Source: Zootoca vivipara
Taxonomy: Eukaryota
NCBI RefSeq assembly: GCF_963506605.1
Contig: NC_083283.1
Span: 34,658,001 to 34,722,000, forward strand
Length of the DNA: 64,000 nucleotides
Reading direction: 5' to 3'
Below the pieces are notes generated by a model that was not told the DNA's origin, searched no databases, and worked only from the letters and a program-made list of their open reading frames with translations. Below, piece by piece: positions 39,330-49,926 of this stretch (positions within the stretch are counted from its first letter, which is position 1; the number at the start of each line of letters is the position of its first letter). Position numbers and translations under genes: made by a program.

Positions 39330-41129
39330 GACAGTGAAGGGATATCGTTTGGGCTGAAACCTGTACCATGAATGGATGGATACATGTTAGCATTACCATA
39401 TATGGGTAAGCTTTTATTTTGTCTTCTTTTTCCTGCTGTAGCTCATCACGTATGGTTCAGACACATAAAAGCAGCATGTTGCATTTTGGTATATGTTTAA
39501 CCGCTGCTGATAGAACTAGGTGTACAGGGAAATGGAGGAACCAAACGCACATACAACTGCGAGATCACTCGATTTACAATTCAATGCTGGGACCCGACAA
39601 ACATTACATACGCTTAGCCTTCCATGCCTGTTTAAAATACTGCATGCTCAGAAACGAACAGATTATTGTAATGTGTAACAGTGCATCTTCTGATAAAGCC
39701 TGACCTCATAAATAAAGAGGTGAATAACGGTGGCATTTCTGAAAGTGTTTTCTTTAGAGGCAAGGCTTTTGTACATTCTAGGGGAAAGCTATATGTTAGG
39801 GTTTTTTATTTTATTTAATATAGTTAAATAAAGCCTGGACTTAAATAAACTGGACTGTTTATTTTTTGTAAAAACAACAACAGCAAAACAAAATTAAGCT
39901 GAACAAATATTTGTAGAATAGCCTTTCAAAAAATAATTGTTTTCCCTTGCTTTTGTATACTGCTTATTTATTCTAAGAATTTGCTTCAGCTGATAAGCAG
40001 CAGAAGTCAGATTTCAGGCGCTCAAATTGTGGCAGTTCAATAATTGCCTACTCTGGTGTAATCCTATTTTTTTTCCAGTGGCCTTGACTAGTGTGAATAA
40101 TTCCCAAAATTTTCTTTCAGATGTCACAAAATTGCATGAAGGCAGACATCAGATGCCGTTACAAAAGAAGCAGATGCAACCCAGGCAAATGGCGATTTTA
40201 AAATCCTATAGCATCGAAAACCATCTTGTTTACAAAATCATAGATTGGAAAAACCCATTCTCATTCATATGCGCTACTTAAGTTCTTTGCAGCGCTTGAT
40301 GGAAGTTTTGTGTTTTCCTTTATTTTATTTTATTAATTCCTTGGAAGTATTGTAGATTAACAGCTGTATTTTTACATTCAAAAAATAATAATTTGTGGGT
40401 AAACGTTTTAAATGGGCTATGAATACCATTTTACATGCTGGTCCTTTTGGTTTGCCTGCATAGGCATCTTGCGAAAACCCCACTGCCCCAACCTGGCAGA
40501 GGCACTTTGAGAACAGATATGGGATTCAGTGCGTGGATTGCTCCTCGGGATCAGTCCCATGCGCGCGCGCACAGAAGTACTGTGTAGTAAAAATAAACAA
40601 ACCCTTGCACTGTGAGAACTTGGGCGGTGCGCAGACAGTGCTCCTACATTGTGCATGCCCCCACTAAACGTATGTTTAGCATTTCCAGCTTTGATTGCCT
40701 GGATGAAGCACGGGAGAGGGAACCGGACTCCAAGCACCAATTTCACCTTCACCTCAAAAAAGGTTGTCAGGTCTGCTTCTGCAGCTGACAAGGCCAACCG
40801 TGCACTTGGCCAGAGGACACCCGCTTGCATCAGCCTGTTCACAGTGCACTGCTGTGTACAAAACCATAACTAGCCCATCATGCGCATTGCACAGTAGGAG
40901 GCATGGACTGCAATGCAGTAAATACAATCCCTGCATGAAAATTCATCCCCACCCCCCAAAAAAGCTTAACACCTTTTTGTTCCCGGCAACCCTAATATAC
41001 ATCCACATGCATGAGAACAAACTTGCGCCCTAAATCAGCTCTTTGAATAACACATTTGAAACCTCGAGCTGCTCCAAATGTTCTCTGGATTGTGGCCAGG
41101 GTCTGGGCCCCAAATAATTTACATGTAGG

Positions 41130-41271
41130 CAGTGCTTTTTTTTCTGGGGGTACGCATACCCCTAAACATTTTGTGAATCTAAGTTTGGCCTCATTGAAGG
41201 GCAGTATTTCAATATGAGTAGGAAAATGAGAGTACCCCTAAACATTTTTTTAAAGAAAAAAAAAAGCACTG
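41130..41271. mobile_element. hAT-type MITE
   Basis: TIRs CAGTGCTTTTTTTT / AAAAAAAAGCACTG; exact 8-bp TSD CATGTAGG. Confidence 0.9.
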
Positions 41272-42399
41272 CATGTAGGATGGGAAGCTGTCATCAAATG
41301 CACCATTATATTCACCAAGAATCAGTGTTAAGCCTGGTACAGATATGGTTCTTCCTTTTGTCCCGTGGAGTTAGTTAATATATATTGCTATAGAGTTGTC
41401 TTTTGGAAGAGGTTCACAGAGCCTCCCCCCCCCCCTGTCGAGCCACATAGCACCCACAGAGCTGCTTCACAATTCCCAGATAGCATAATTTTGGAAACGT
41501 GGTACATAAGCTTATTTGCTTCTCTGCTGTCTTCATAAGCAGGAGAATCTCGTTCCCTCCCCCTGCATTTCGGCTAGACTGGACAAATCAAGGTGACAAT
41601 CCGTGGTTAGCCCTGTCAGGCCCTTTGTGCTGCTGCTGCTCTGAATTGAAACACAATGGAAGCAAAGGGTCTATATAACAGTCCAGCTGCTTTGCTGTGA
41701 CAGGAGAGTCCCAGTATTACAGTGTGTCAGGTCTTGTTTGTATACCGAGTACGGGCCACTCCGTAGGATGACAATGCAAATTGTGAAAACTCCCCGGCAA
41801 GATAGGAAGTCGTATCAGGAGATGTATGTCTGGGAAGGTGTGGGGAGGGCTGCTTGCTCAAAATCGCCTTGCAGTAAGGATCCCACATCAAAGCCTATCT
41901 TTTTGGCGCAGCTCCTCTATTCCTATGCAGGGCCCATTTCCTAACAGTGACAGGAGACACAACCAGGCACTTGTTCGTAAATCTATCGGAGACTGCCTTT
42001 CTCAGGGTTCTGCAGTGATGTTACTTTTTAAAGGCAGCTTTATATTTCATTTAAGCATGCAATTAATCATCCTTACAGTGTCGAGATCACTGGCGTCAGC
42101 AGTGTGATTTAATTAAATTTGAAATTATTGTACACTACATATATAGGCATCCAACTAGCCAGTCCAAATTAAATGCTGTGGTCTATTTCTTACCCAGGGT
42201 GTTTTCAATTTAAGTATCCATCCAAAAGGTTACCCTTCACAGAAGGGAACTGTTTTTATGTTTGAACTGTTGCAAAACTGAAGTAGCAAAATCAACATGA
42301 AACCTGTGCAGTGAATTCTTATTGTTCAGTGCACTTGTATGTATGCATTTTAAAAAGAAATTGCCTTTTTGTGTTATGCTGATTTTATGTCCAGTGTTC

Positions 42400-42660
42400 T
42401 TAGAGCGCCATTTTCATTCTTCCACGTTGCTCCCTTCTGTCGTGTCAGCACTGAGCTGAGTTAGGGTGGAAAAGAGAATCCACCATTTTGTTTCAGTGCT
42501 GTATTCAAGCAATTAGTCTACAAAATGGAACTATATATAAATGGTGTTTGGGTGGCTTTTACCTGCTTGAGAGCAGCAAGCAAAACCATATACTGTCCTT
42601 CTTGTTAAATCACTTCCTGAAATAATTTCCAAGGGTGATTTAATTATGGTTATTACTAAA
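42400..42660. promoter_or_regulatory. Candidate core promoter / conserved regulatory block
   Basis: Several YY1-type CCATTTT/AAAATGG motifs, TATATAAA at ~42534, ETS-type CACTTCCTG at 42611, adjacent (GA)n tract; motif-based only. Confidence 0.3.
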
Positions 42661-42678
42661 CGGGTGTGTTGGGTGTGC

Positions 42679-42683
<5 letters not shown>

Positions 42684-42726
<43 letters not shown>
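42684..42726. repeat. (GA)n microsatellite
   Basis: Direct reading. Confidence 0.95.
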
Positions 42727-42731
<5 letters not shown>

Positions 42732-42804
42732 GGCCTTTGTGGTTATTTATCTACTGAATGGTGTACAGTACATAGGATACCTGCAGTCAAATGCAAATTT
42801 GTAA

Positions 42805-42805
<1 letters not shown>

Positions 42806-42836
<31 letters not shown>
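42806..42836. repeat. (AAT)n microsatellite
   Basis: Direct reading. Confidence 0.95.
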
Positions 42837-42837
<1 letters not shown>

Positions 42838-42992
42838 TTACAATGAATTGATAATCTAGATTAGATTTACATGTGATTTTAAAGAAAAGAAAAATAATTG
42901 TTTTTACATTACATTCTTACGCATGTAATTCACAACATTTCAGACAAGAAACCAGGCCAGCAACACTCAAAAGACCGTAGCACTGGCATGTG

Positions 42993-43046
<54 letters not shown>
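42993..43046. repeat. (TAGA)n microsatellite
   Basis: Direct reading. Confidence 0.95.
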
Positions 43047-44462
43047 TTAAAGGGTGGGGTTTTTTTGAATTCTGGAAAATGTGTCATCCGTTAAGTGCAG
43101 TTCAGGTCTTGTGTGTGAAAAGCACAAACCTTTTTTTTCTTTATGTGCTGCGGTGACTGCACTTTTTGAAATTGCATATTTATCAGCCTATGCATTATTT
43201 ATGAGCTTGGAAAGAAGAGGGGGGGGAAGAGTGGGAGGGATAGAAAGAGTGCAAAAACATATGCTTCGAAAGAGGAGTATTTTATACGTACATAGTACGA
43301 AGCCTTTCTCAAGGATTACGCTAAGTAATTGATTGCTGCTCCCCTTGTACTTTTTTCACCGAGTTGACTGGCCTTGTGATTCTTTCATTCTTCCTTCCTT
43401 TCTTGGCTGGCAAGGACTTAGATGATGTTTGCCACTGATACGCAATTCTCCTGCAGTGTCCAAAAAGAAAAGGGTATTTAATAAATATTAATATTTCAAC
43501 TGTCAGGTTGCATTATTGTCAAGAAGTTTCTGACAAACTGAGGATTAACGACATGTTTCATAAATTAGAAATGATCCCCTCTGCAGAATGTCCAAACCGA
43601 AGCTCAATAGTAGACCAGCCAGGCTGGTTCCCTGACCCAGTTGAACATCTCATCTGCGTCAGATCTGCAGTCAGTCGTGTGGAGGAAAATAAGGCTCCTC
43701 ATCATTCATTACCCCTTGCCATCTCGATTGTTTCTTCCTTGGGATGTGTGGGCTCCAAATTAGCAAGCTTGCCTCACATGCCACATCATTTGATTAGACA
43801 GTCACATCAAACATTTCTTTCCCCCCTTTCATTGCCTTCAGAAAAATTAAGGGGAATGGGAGAAAAAGCATTTCTACGTAAATCTTTTCATTACTGGGGT
43901 CAGGCAGGAATTGACATAACAGAAGCTGAAATATAATGGAAAACAGGGGAAACAGAACATTTCCTAAATAGTGAACTAAAGAAAGTAAGGGTTTGAATAA
44001 AACAATAAGTGAATATCCATTGACAGGGCTTTTGTGGTAGGTTAATGCCTAGCCAAACAAAATTAGAATGTTGATGTTGATAGTAATAACTCATATTATT
44101 ATGATTAGCCAGAAAGATACTTGGTGCTTTACAAAAGGCTGCCTCCTCTCCATAAGCTCCCATAGCTTAAGGGTAAGACAAGAGGCTTAAAGTCTGGTTT
44201 GTTTGTTTGTTTTTTGAAAAAAAGTATATTAAAATAAAGTGTTTGTGTGTATTATGCTCAAATTCATAGGGAAACTAGAATGAATTTGTGCAAAGATTGA
44301 AGTTCTTCGGTATGAAAGAGTCAAACAAGTCAACGAAAATCCATTGACCGGTGTCTTTTTCTTCTATCTGTACCCAGATCATGCGCTACATGGAACTGGG
44401 CTACAGAGTGTATAAAAATGTTTAGCCTAATCATTCCCTAATGACAGTGACTTATGTCCTTA

Positions 44463-44694
44463 NNNNNNNNNNNNNNNNNNNNNNNNNNNNNNNNNNNNNN
44501 NNNNNNNNNNNNNNNNNNNNNNNNNNNNNNNNNNNNNNNNNNNNNNNNNNNNNNNNNNNNNNNNNNNNNNNNNNNNNNNNNNNNNNNNNNNNNNNNNNNN
44601 NNNNNNNNNNNNNNNNNNNNNNNNNNNNNNNNNNNNNNNNNNNNNNNNNNNNNNNNNNNNNNNNNNNNNNNNNNNNNNNNNNNNNNNNNNNNNN
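44463..44694. other. Assembly gap (N run)
   Basis: Ns in sequence. Confidence 1.
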
Positions 44695-45411
44695 TGGGCA
44701 GTGAGATAGAATGGGGCCAAAAAAATTGCTTTTTCAAGGCAAACCATTATGCCTGAGCAGAATTAAAAGCGTGATAAGCAGCATCACAGGAATGATTCTT
44801 TTTGACAGACTTGCAACGGGATAAACAAAGCATCTGTTACAGACCCACAAGCAAATCCATGATCTATTTAATGCTGGTTTTGGTTGTTTGTTCTGCTTTT
44901 AATCGTGTTTGATTACTGCATAGGTGTGAGGCACCGAGGCCTTGCTTTATCTGTAAGAATTCAAAATCCGTTCTTTAAAAAAAGCACCCACAAAATAACA
45001 AACAACTTGATGTGTGCGTGTGCGTGCGCGCACACACAATAGGTTTTTTTTATAAAAAAAAACAAGTCTTCAGTGGCCTGACATTTACAAATGTTCTAGT
45101 ATAAACACAGTTGTTTGTGATGTGCATAGGGTACCATTTACCTGAGAAATTTAGCAGCTGTACATTATACAAAGGTAATTATCCAATCTCAAATCTTAGG
45201 TGACTTATAAAAGGAGAGTGTAATATTAATTAAATATGTCATGTTTGCACACAGCATAATGTGCCGTCATTGCATCATTTTGCCTTATTGAACTACATTT
45301 CTGTTCTCCTGAAAAATCTAAACGGCAAAAGAAAATCTTTCTGCTTTTCTTCACATTCCTGGAGTTCTGAGCATGGCAGATCACCTTGATCTCCACTAAT
45401 AGTATGGCGTT

Positions 45412-45421
45412 TGTGTGTGTG

Positions 45422-45461
<40 letters not shown>
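45412..45461. repeat. Compound (TG)n(AG)n microsatellite
   Basis: Direct reading. Confidence 0.9.
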
Positions 45462-45462
<1 letters not shown>

Positions 45463-47413
45463 AGAGGGTGTTTACATCAAAATGTCCCTGTAACACATAA
45501 TCTCCTTCCGTGTTTGCTCAGCCTTCAGAGCAGAGCCGTTCGGTAGTGCTAGGCCCATGTATAGCAAGGAGAAAATGGGTCCCATTTGTTGTCTGCAAAA
45601 CAGCCATCTTACCTACGCCTTCTCCCCCAGTAGTGAATGAAGGGGTTCACTTTATCTGACACGCCATTGCTTCAGAGGACGGCACTGTGAATGGAAAATG
45701 TACAAAGAATTACATTGTGTCACTTTGTATTTTTTATATATATTTCTTTCTTTCTTCCTAGTAATAGTAAATAACATAGCAGATTAAGGGAATTTGCCAA
45801 ACTACCGAAATTGTTGCTTTCTCCAAACAAACCTCTGCATGCAGGATTGCACCCAGAATTTGGCGTTTATATTTTATGCCTGGGCATAGGTCACAGTATT
45901 CATTGCATTTAAGTCCCTTTAGCTCATGTAGATACATGCATCTTTGTGCTTTCCAGGAATACCATGACAACCTTTCTAAAGTGACAGTCCTATGATCAAA
46001 TCATCTTTGCCTCTTCTTCTCCCCCCCTCTTCTACTCCCCCCCTCCTTTTTGCATCTCTCTCCCTCTGTCTCCCTTTCTCTCTCTTTCTCATCTCTAAAT
46101 TCACTCCAGCATACAGATCGGAATGTGGATTGATATCTCATATAAACATGTGTTTATTTAGAAATTGGGGAGAAAGCATAATCCTGTATTTGTGGGGAAA
46201 TCAGTTGGGGAAATCCATAGGCTGAATAGAACTGGTGGGATTCTGGGAAATGGCTGAGAATTTAAAGGAGAGGGTGAAGCATTAAGAGAACTGAAATGAG
46301 ACTTATCTAAAGCACTTGAGGTAGGGCAGGATCAAGGGAATGGGGCAATGCTGGGAAAGCATATTCTTCTGGGAGATGCAGGCTTGATAGAAATGAACTC
46401 GGAGACATACCTGATCATCTGAAAGATCCCATTTCTATGATTATTTAAAAATATGAACCTACGAATATTAGAAAAAATCAATTCCAAGCTATACATATTC
46501 ATCAGCCGTATTTACAGAGAAAAGGGTTTAATTGTGTCCTAATCTCATTTAAATTGTTAACTATGAAAAATATATTGCTAGTTGGCTTTCTTGTATTTTT
46601 GATTTTCTTTTCCCTTCAGTGTATGGAATAAAATGTTTGTTTTTGGAATTTGAAGGTCTGTGGACTATTAATAAGCTTACACATTATTTAAAGCACGCCT
46701 TGGCCACCACATCCCAGTATCTTTGCAGTGCTTTCACAAGATGCTTGGCTGTTTTCCTGTTGTGAGGGCTTATCATTCATATTTTCATTTACGTTACATT
46801 TGTGACTGTAATCCCTGTTCAGAGTTAGCCTCGGCCTGTTCATTTCACTAGGTTTAATGTATGGGATTGGTCTTGCATGAGTTTTGTTGTGGTATATAGG
46901 GCTCTTCCAGATGACCTGATTAGAAAATAATCCTGATTTTCTTGCATAAATCTTACACAGAGGTTAGACTATGCATGTTCTTGATCGAGCTATTGTTCTG
47001 ATTTGTTTGTGGGGAGGTTATACAACAGTGAACATTCATCCTAATTTGCTTGTAGGGTGTTTCTACATCTTTCCATTAATGATTTATCCATCCCACACTT
47101 TTCTGTACATTTCCCCGTCACTTTCCTAAGGATTAAGGGGGAATTTGCTGTGTTAGGGTGGCAGAGCACTTTAATCCACCACACATACCGTATACATTTC
47201 CATTATGCACTTGGATCCATCCTGCAAAATACTGACTGTCTGAAGGAGACCATAGCCTGTCACCTCTGAAGGGCATGAGATTTGTAGAAACAGCTGAAAA
47301 TATGTTAAAAATAAAAAATAACCCTGTATAAAAATCCAGTTTCCAGATAGCAAAATAATAATAATAAGAAGAATCCTGTGCCCTTAATCCTCTGCCTCTT
47401 CCTTCTCTCCCAA

Positions 47414-47538
47414 AGTTGGAAGGGACCATGTGGATTACCTAGTCCAACCCCCTGCAATGCAGAAAGCTTTTACCCAGTATGGAGCTTGAACACATGACTC
47501 TGAGATTAAGTGTATCATGCTCTACCAACTGAGCTATC
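47414..47538 (-). mobile_element. Short tRNA-headed SINE with CR1 3' tail
   Basis: Reverse strand GATAGCTCAGTTGGTAGAGCATG...TGTTCAAG head, then TTGCAGGGGGTTGGACTAG...GGTCCCTTCCAACT CR1-type tail. Confidence 0.75.
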
Positions 47539-47627
47539 AGACACAAGTTAAAGGGCCAGTCTATCTGAAGGGCTGGTTTAAAGATATGGAAGAGCAGGTG
47601 CCTTGATGCTGCCCATCAACAATAGAC

Positions 47628-47808
47628 AGTAAGAGCTGTTCGGCAGTGGAATTTGCTACCAAGGAGTGTGGTAGGGTCTCCTTCTTTGAAGGTCTTTAAG
47701 CAGAGGCTTGACAGGCATATGTCAAGAATGCTTTGATGGTGTTTCCTGCTTGGCAGGGGGTTGGACTGGATGGCCCTTGTGGTCTCTTCCAACTCTATGA
47801 TTCTATGA
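47628..47808 (+). mobile_element. CR1 LINE 3' end
   Basis: TVRAVRQWNLLP..SPSL.VFKQRLD coding tail, 3' hairpin region and ATTCTATG terminal repeat. Confidence 0.9.
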
Positions 47809-48090
47809 CTGAGCAGGCCACCTTGCTGCGTGATGGTGAGATATACTGCATTCCTATTTACACCAGAATAATTATTTCTAAATTTGCATCTTTACCTATA
47901 CATTAGCATATGCTAGTTTTATGGAAGCCTGTGTCTTTTTTCTTTTCCTGTTTGGGGCCAATGTATAAGTGGCCAAATAGAGAACTGACAGTGCTTCAAA
48001 CAGAGGACTAATTAAAGGCAGACAGATCACCACCCCATATTAAGCGTTGGTGGGTTTTGGTTAGGAAATGGTGAGTGGGATAAGTTAACC

Positions 48091-48431
48091 CAGTGGTTCC
48101 CACAGTAGGTGGTGCAGCCCCCCTGGGGGTGGGATTACCAAGGGCAGGGTGAGGGGACAGCAGGTCCGGGCAGGAGGTATAAATGACTATCAGACATTGA
48201 AATGCTGATTTCAGTGGATCAAGTTCAGTTTTGTTGAATTAATTAAACTAAATAGATTTAATTGGATTTTGAATAAATGTGCAATTAATTCTTACTGTCG
48301 TGAATTTTATTGTGCTATCATCTTCCTTGGTGAGTTATGCAGACCACTATTCTGAAAAATGCTTTTTGCAGTATAGGGAGCACCGGAGATGAGTTTAGGA
48401 ACAGTGGCCCAAAATGGTTTCAGAACCACTG
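48091..48431. mobile_element. Older hAT-like element
   Basis: CAGTGGTTC / GAACCACTG ends; TSD not recognisable. Confidence 0.5.
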
Positions 48432-48507
48432 AATTTGCTCTTATTTCCCTTCCAGGCGCTACAATCCTGATTGAAATCTCCTGCTCTCAGCTGTTCTTTG
48501 TTTAGAA

Positions 48508-48630
48508 CAGGCACCCCCAAACTTGACCCTCTAGCTGTTTTGGGACTACAATTCCCATCATCCCTGGCCACTGGTCCTGTTGGCTAGGGATGATGGGTGT
48601 TGTAGTCCCAAAACAGCTGGAGGGCCAAGG
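48508..48630. mobile_element. Relative of the 136-bp hAT MITE, right end lost
   Basis: CAGGCACCCCCAAACT and CTACAATTCCCATCATCCC core. Confidence 0.8.
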
Positions 48631-49229
48631 GCCACAATTTTTAAGCAGTTTGCCTTGGTGGTTTCCCAATTCCCCTCTACGGATCATTCTCACCACAGCA
48701 AATGAATGAGATCAGTTGTGGTGCATGTGGTGTGGTGAAACCACAGAGCCACTCTTCCCACAAAGATGCAGCTGGTGCCAGGTGGCAGTGGGGTTGGGAT
48801 TGTATGGGTGCACAAGTGAGACCAACCCAACACTCTCCGGTACACCCACATTGTCCTGGCTTTGATGCCTTCCAGTCCTAGCACTGGAATCAGCAGCCAT
48901 GCAGGGGTCAGGAGGGCAACTCTGTGGTTCTGCCCCACCACTTGTGCTGTTGCTGGAGGAAAGATGGAAAAGCAATTAATCCCCTAAAATGGCATTCTAA
49001 AGGAAACCTCTAGTGCATCTCTCATTATTATTTTTTAATAATAAAAAAACCTTGATCCCATGACTGTTTGCAGTTAAAGTGATCTATTCCTACCTTTTAG
49101 AGCGGTCTTGTATCATGGCACCAGAAAGTGGGCAAGTGCCCATATGTTGTCTAGACAACTCATGATGCTGTCACCAGAAGATAGTGAGATTCCCTAGGCC
49201 AGGCATCCCTAGGCCAGGATTCCCTAGGC

Positions 49230-49365
49230 CAGGCATCCCCAAACTGCGGCCCTCCAGATGTTTTGGCCTACAACTCCCATGATCCCTAGCTAACAGGACC
49301 AGTGGTCAAGGATGATGGGAATTGTAGTCCAAAACATCTGGAGGGCCGAAGTTTGGGGGTGCCTG
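49230..49365. mobile_element. 136-bp hAT MITE (copy 2)
   Basis: Near identical to 17056-17191; exact 8-bp TSD CCCTAGGC. Confidence 0.95.
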
Positions 49366-49926
49366 CCCTAGGCCATGGGTGAGCTTCTGGTTGATCTCTA
49401 AGTGATGTGAAGCACATCAAGAAGGCTTTCTGACTCCCAATTGTTTAGCAGTGGCAAAAACAACATGCCCTCAAAAATTAAACTGCTGAAATGAAGAAGG
49501 ATGGGGGAGGAGGAAGGCCAGTTCTCATACTTGGAACAAATTAGTTCAGTTACTCAAAAGCAAGTTGCATGTCGAGGTCACCGGATTCCCCCCAATAAAT
49601 CCACACACACACACGTTAATTAAGTTTAAGGTTTGGGGCATTATTTTGGCCACAACTTTATTAAAATACAATCAAATGTGAGTGGTTGCTTAGGCATTGG
49701 TTAACCCATCTGTCCCCTGCCCTGAGACAGATTCTGCACTGACTTCCTCTAGGCATTTTGTGGAAGTCAGTAGGTAAACATTATCTGAGGGAGGACAGAG
49801 CCAGATACCAGGCCCTTTTGTCCTCCCTCGAATGTTTCCCGAGGCTCAATTTGCTCTGTGTTAGGCCCAATCCCCTAATGGGGTACTGACGAGAGCCTTT
49901 TAAGCCCCAGGATTCCTTTAACAGAA

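Noticed and set aside
40417-40842. 141-aa minus-strand ORF in the TE-poor island
   Set aside because: No recognisable domain or convincing splice boundaries; probably chance
41297-41335. GCACCATT...AATCAGTGTT resembling miR-29
   Set aside because: Spacing differs from the mature miRNA and no precursor hairpin is present
47470-47538. tRNA-like sequence (also the heads at 33021, 24490 and 36770)
   Set aside because: Degenerate SINE heads fused to retroposon bodies; no intact cloverleaf
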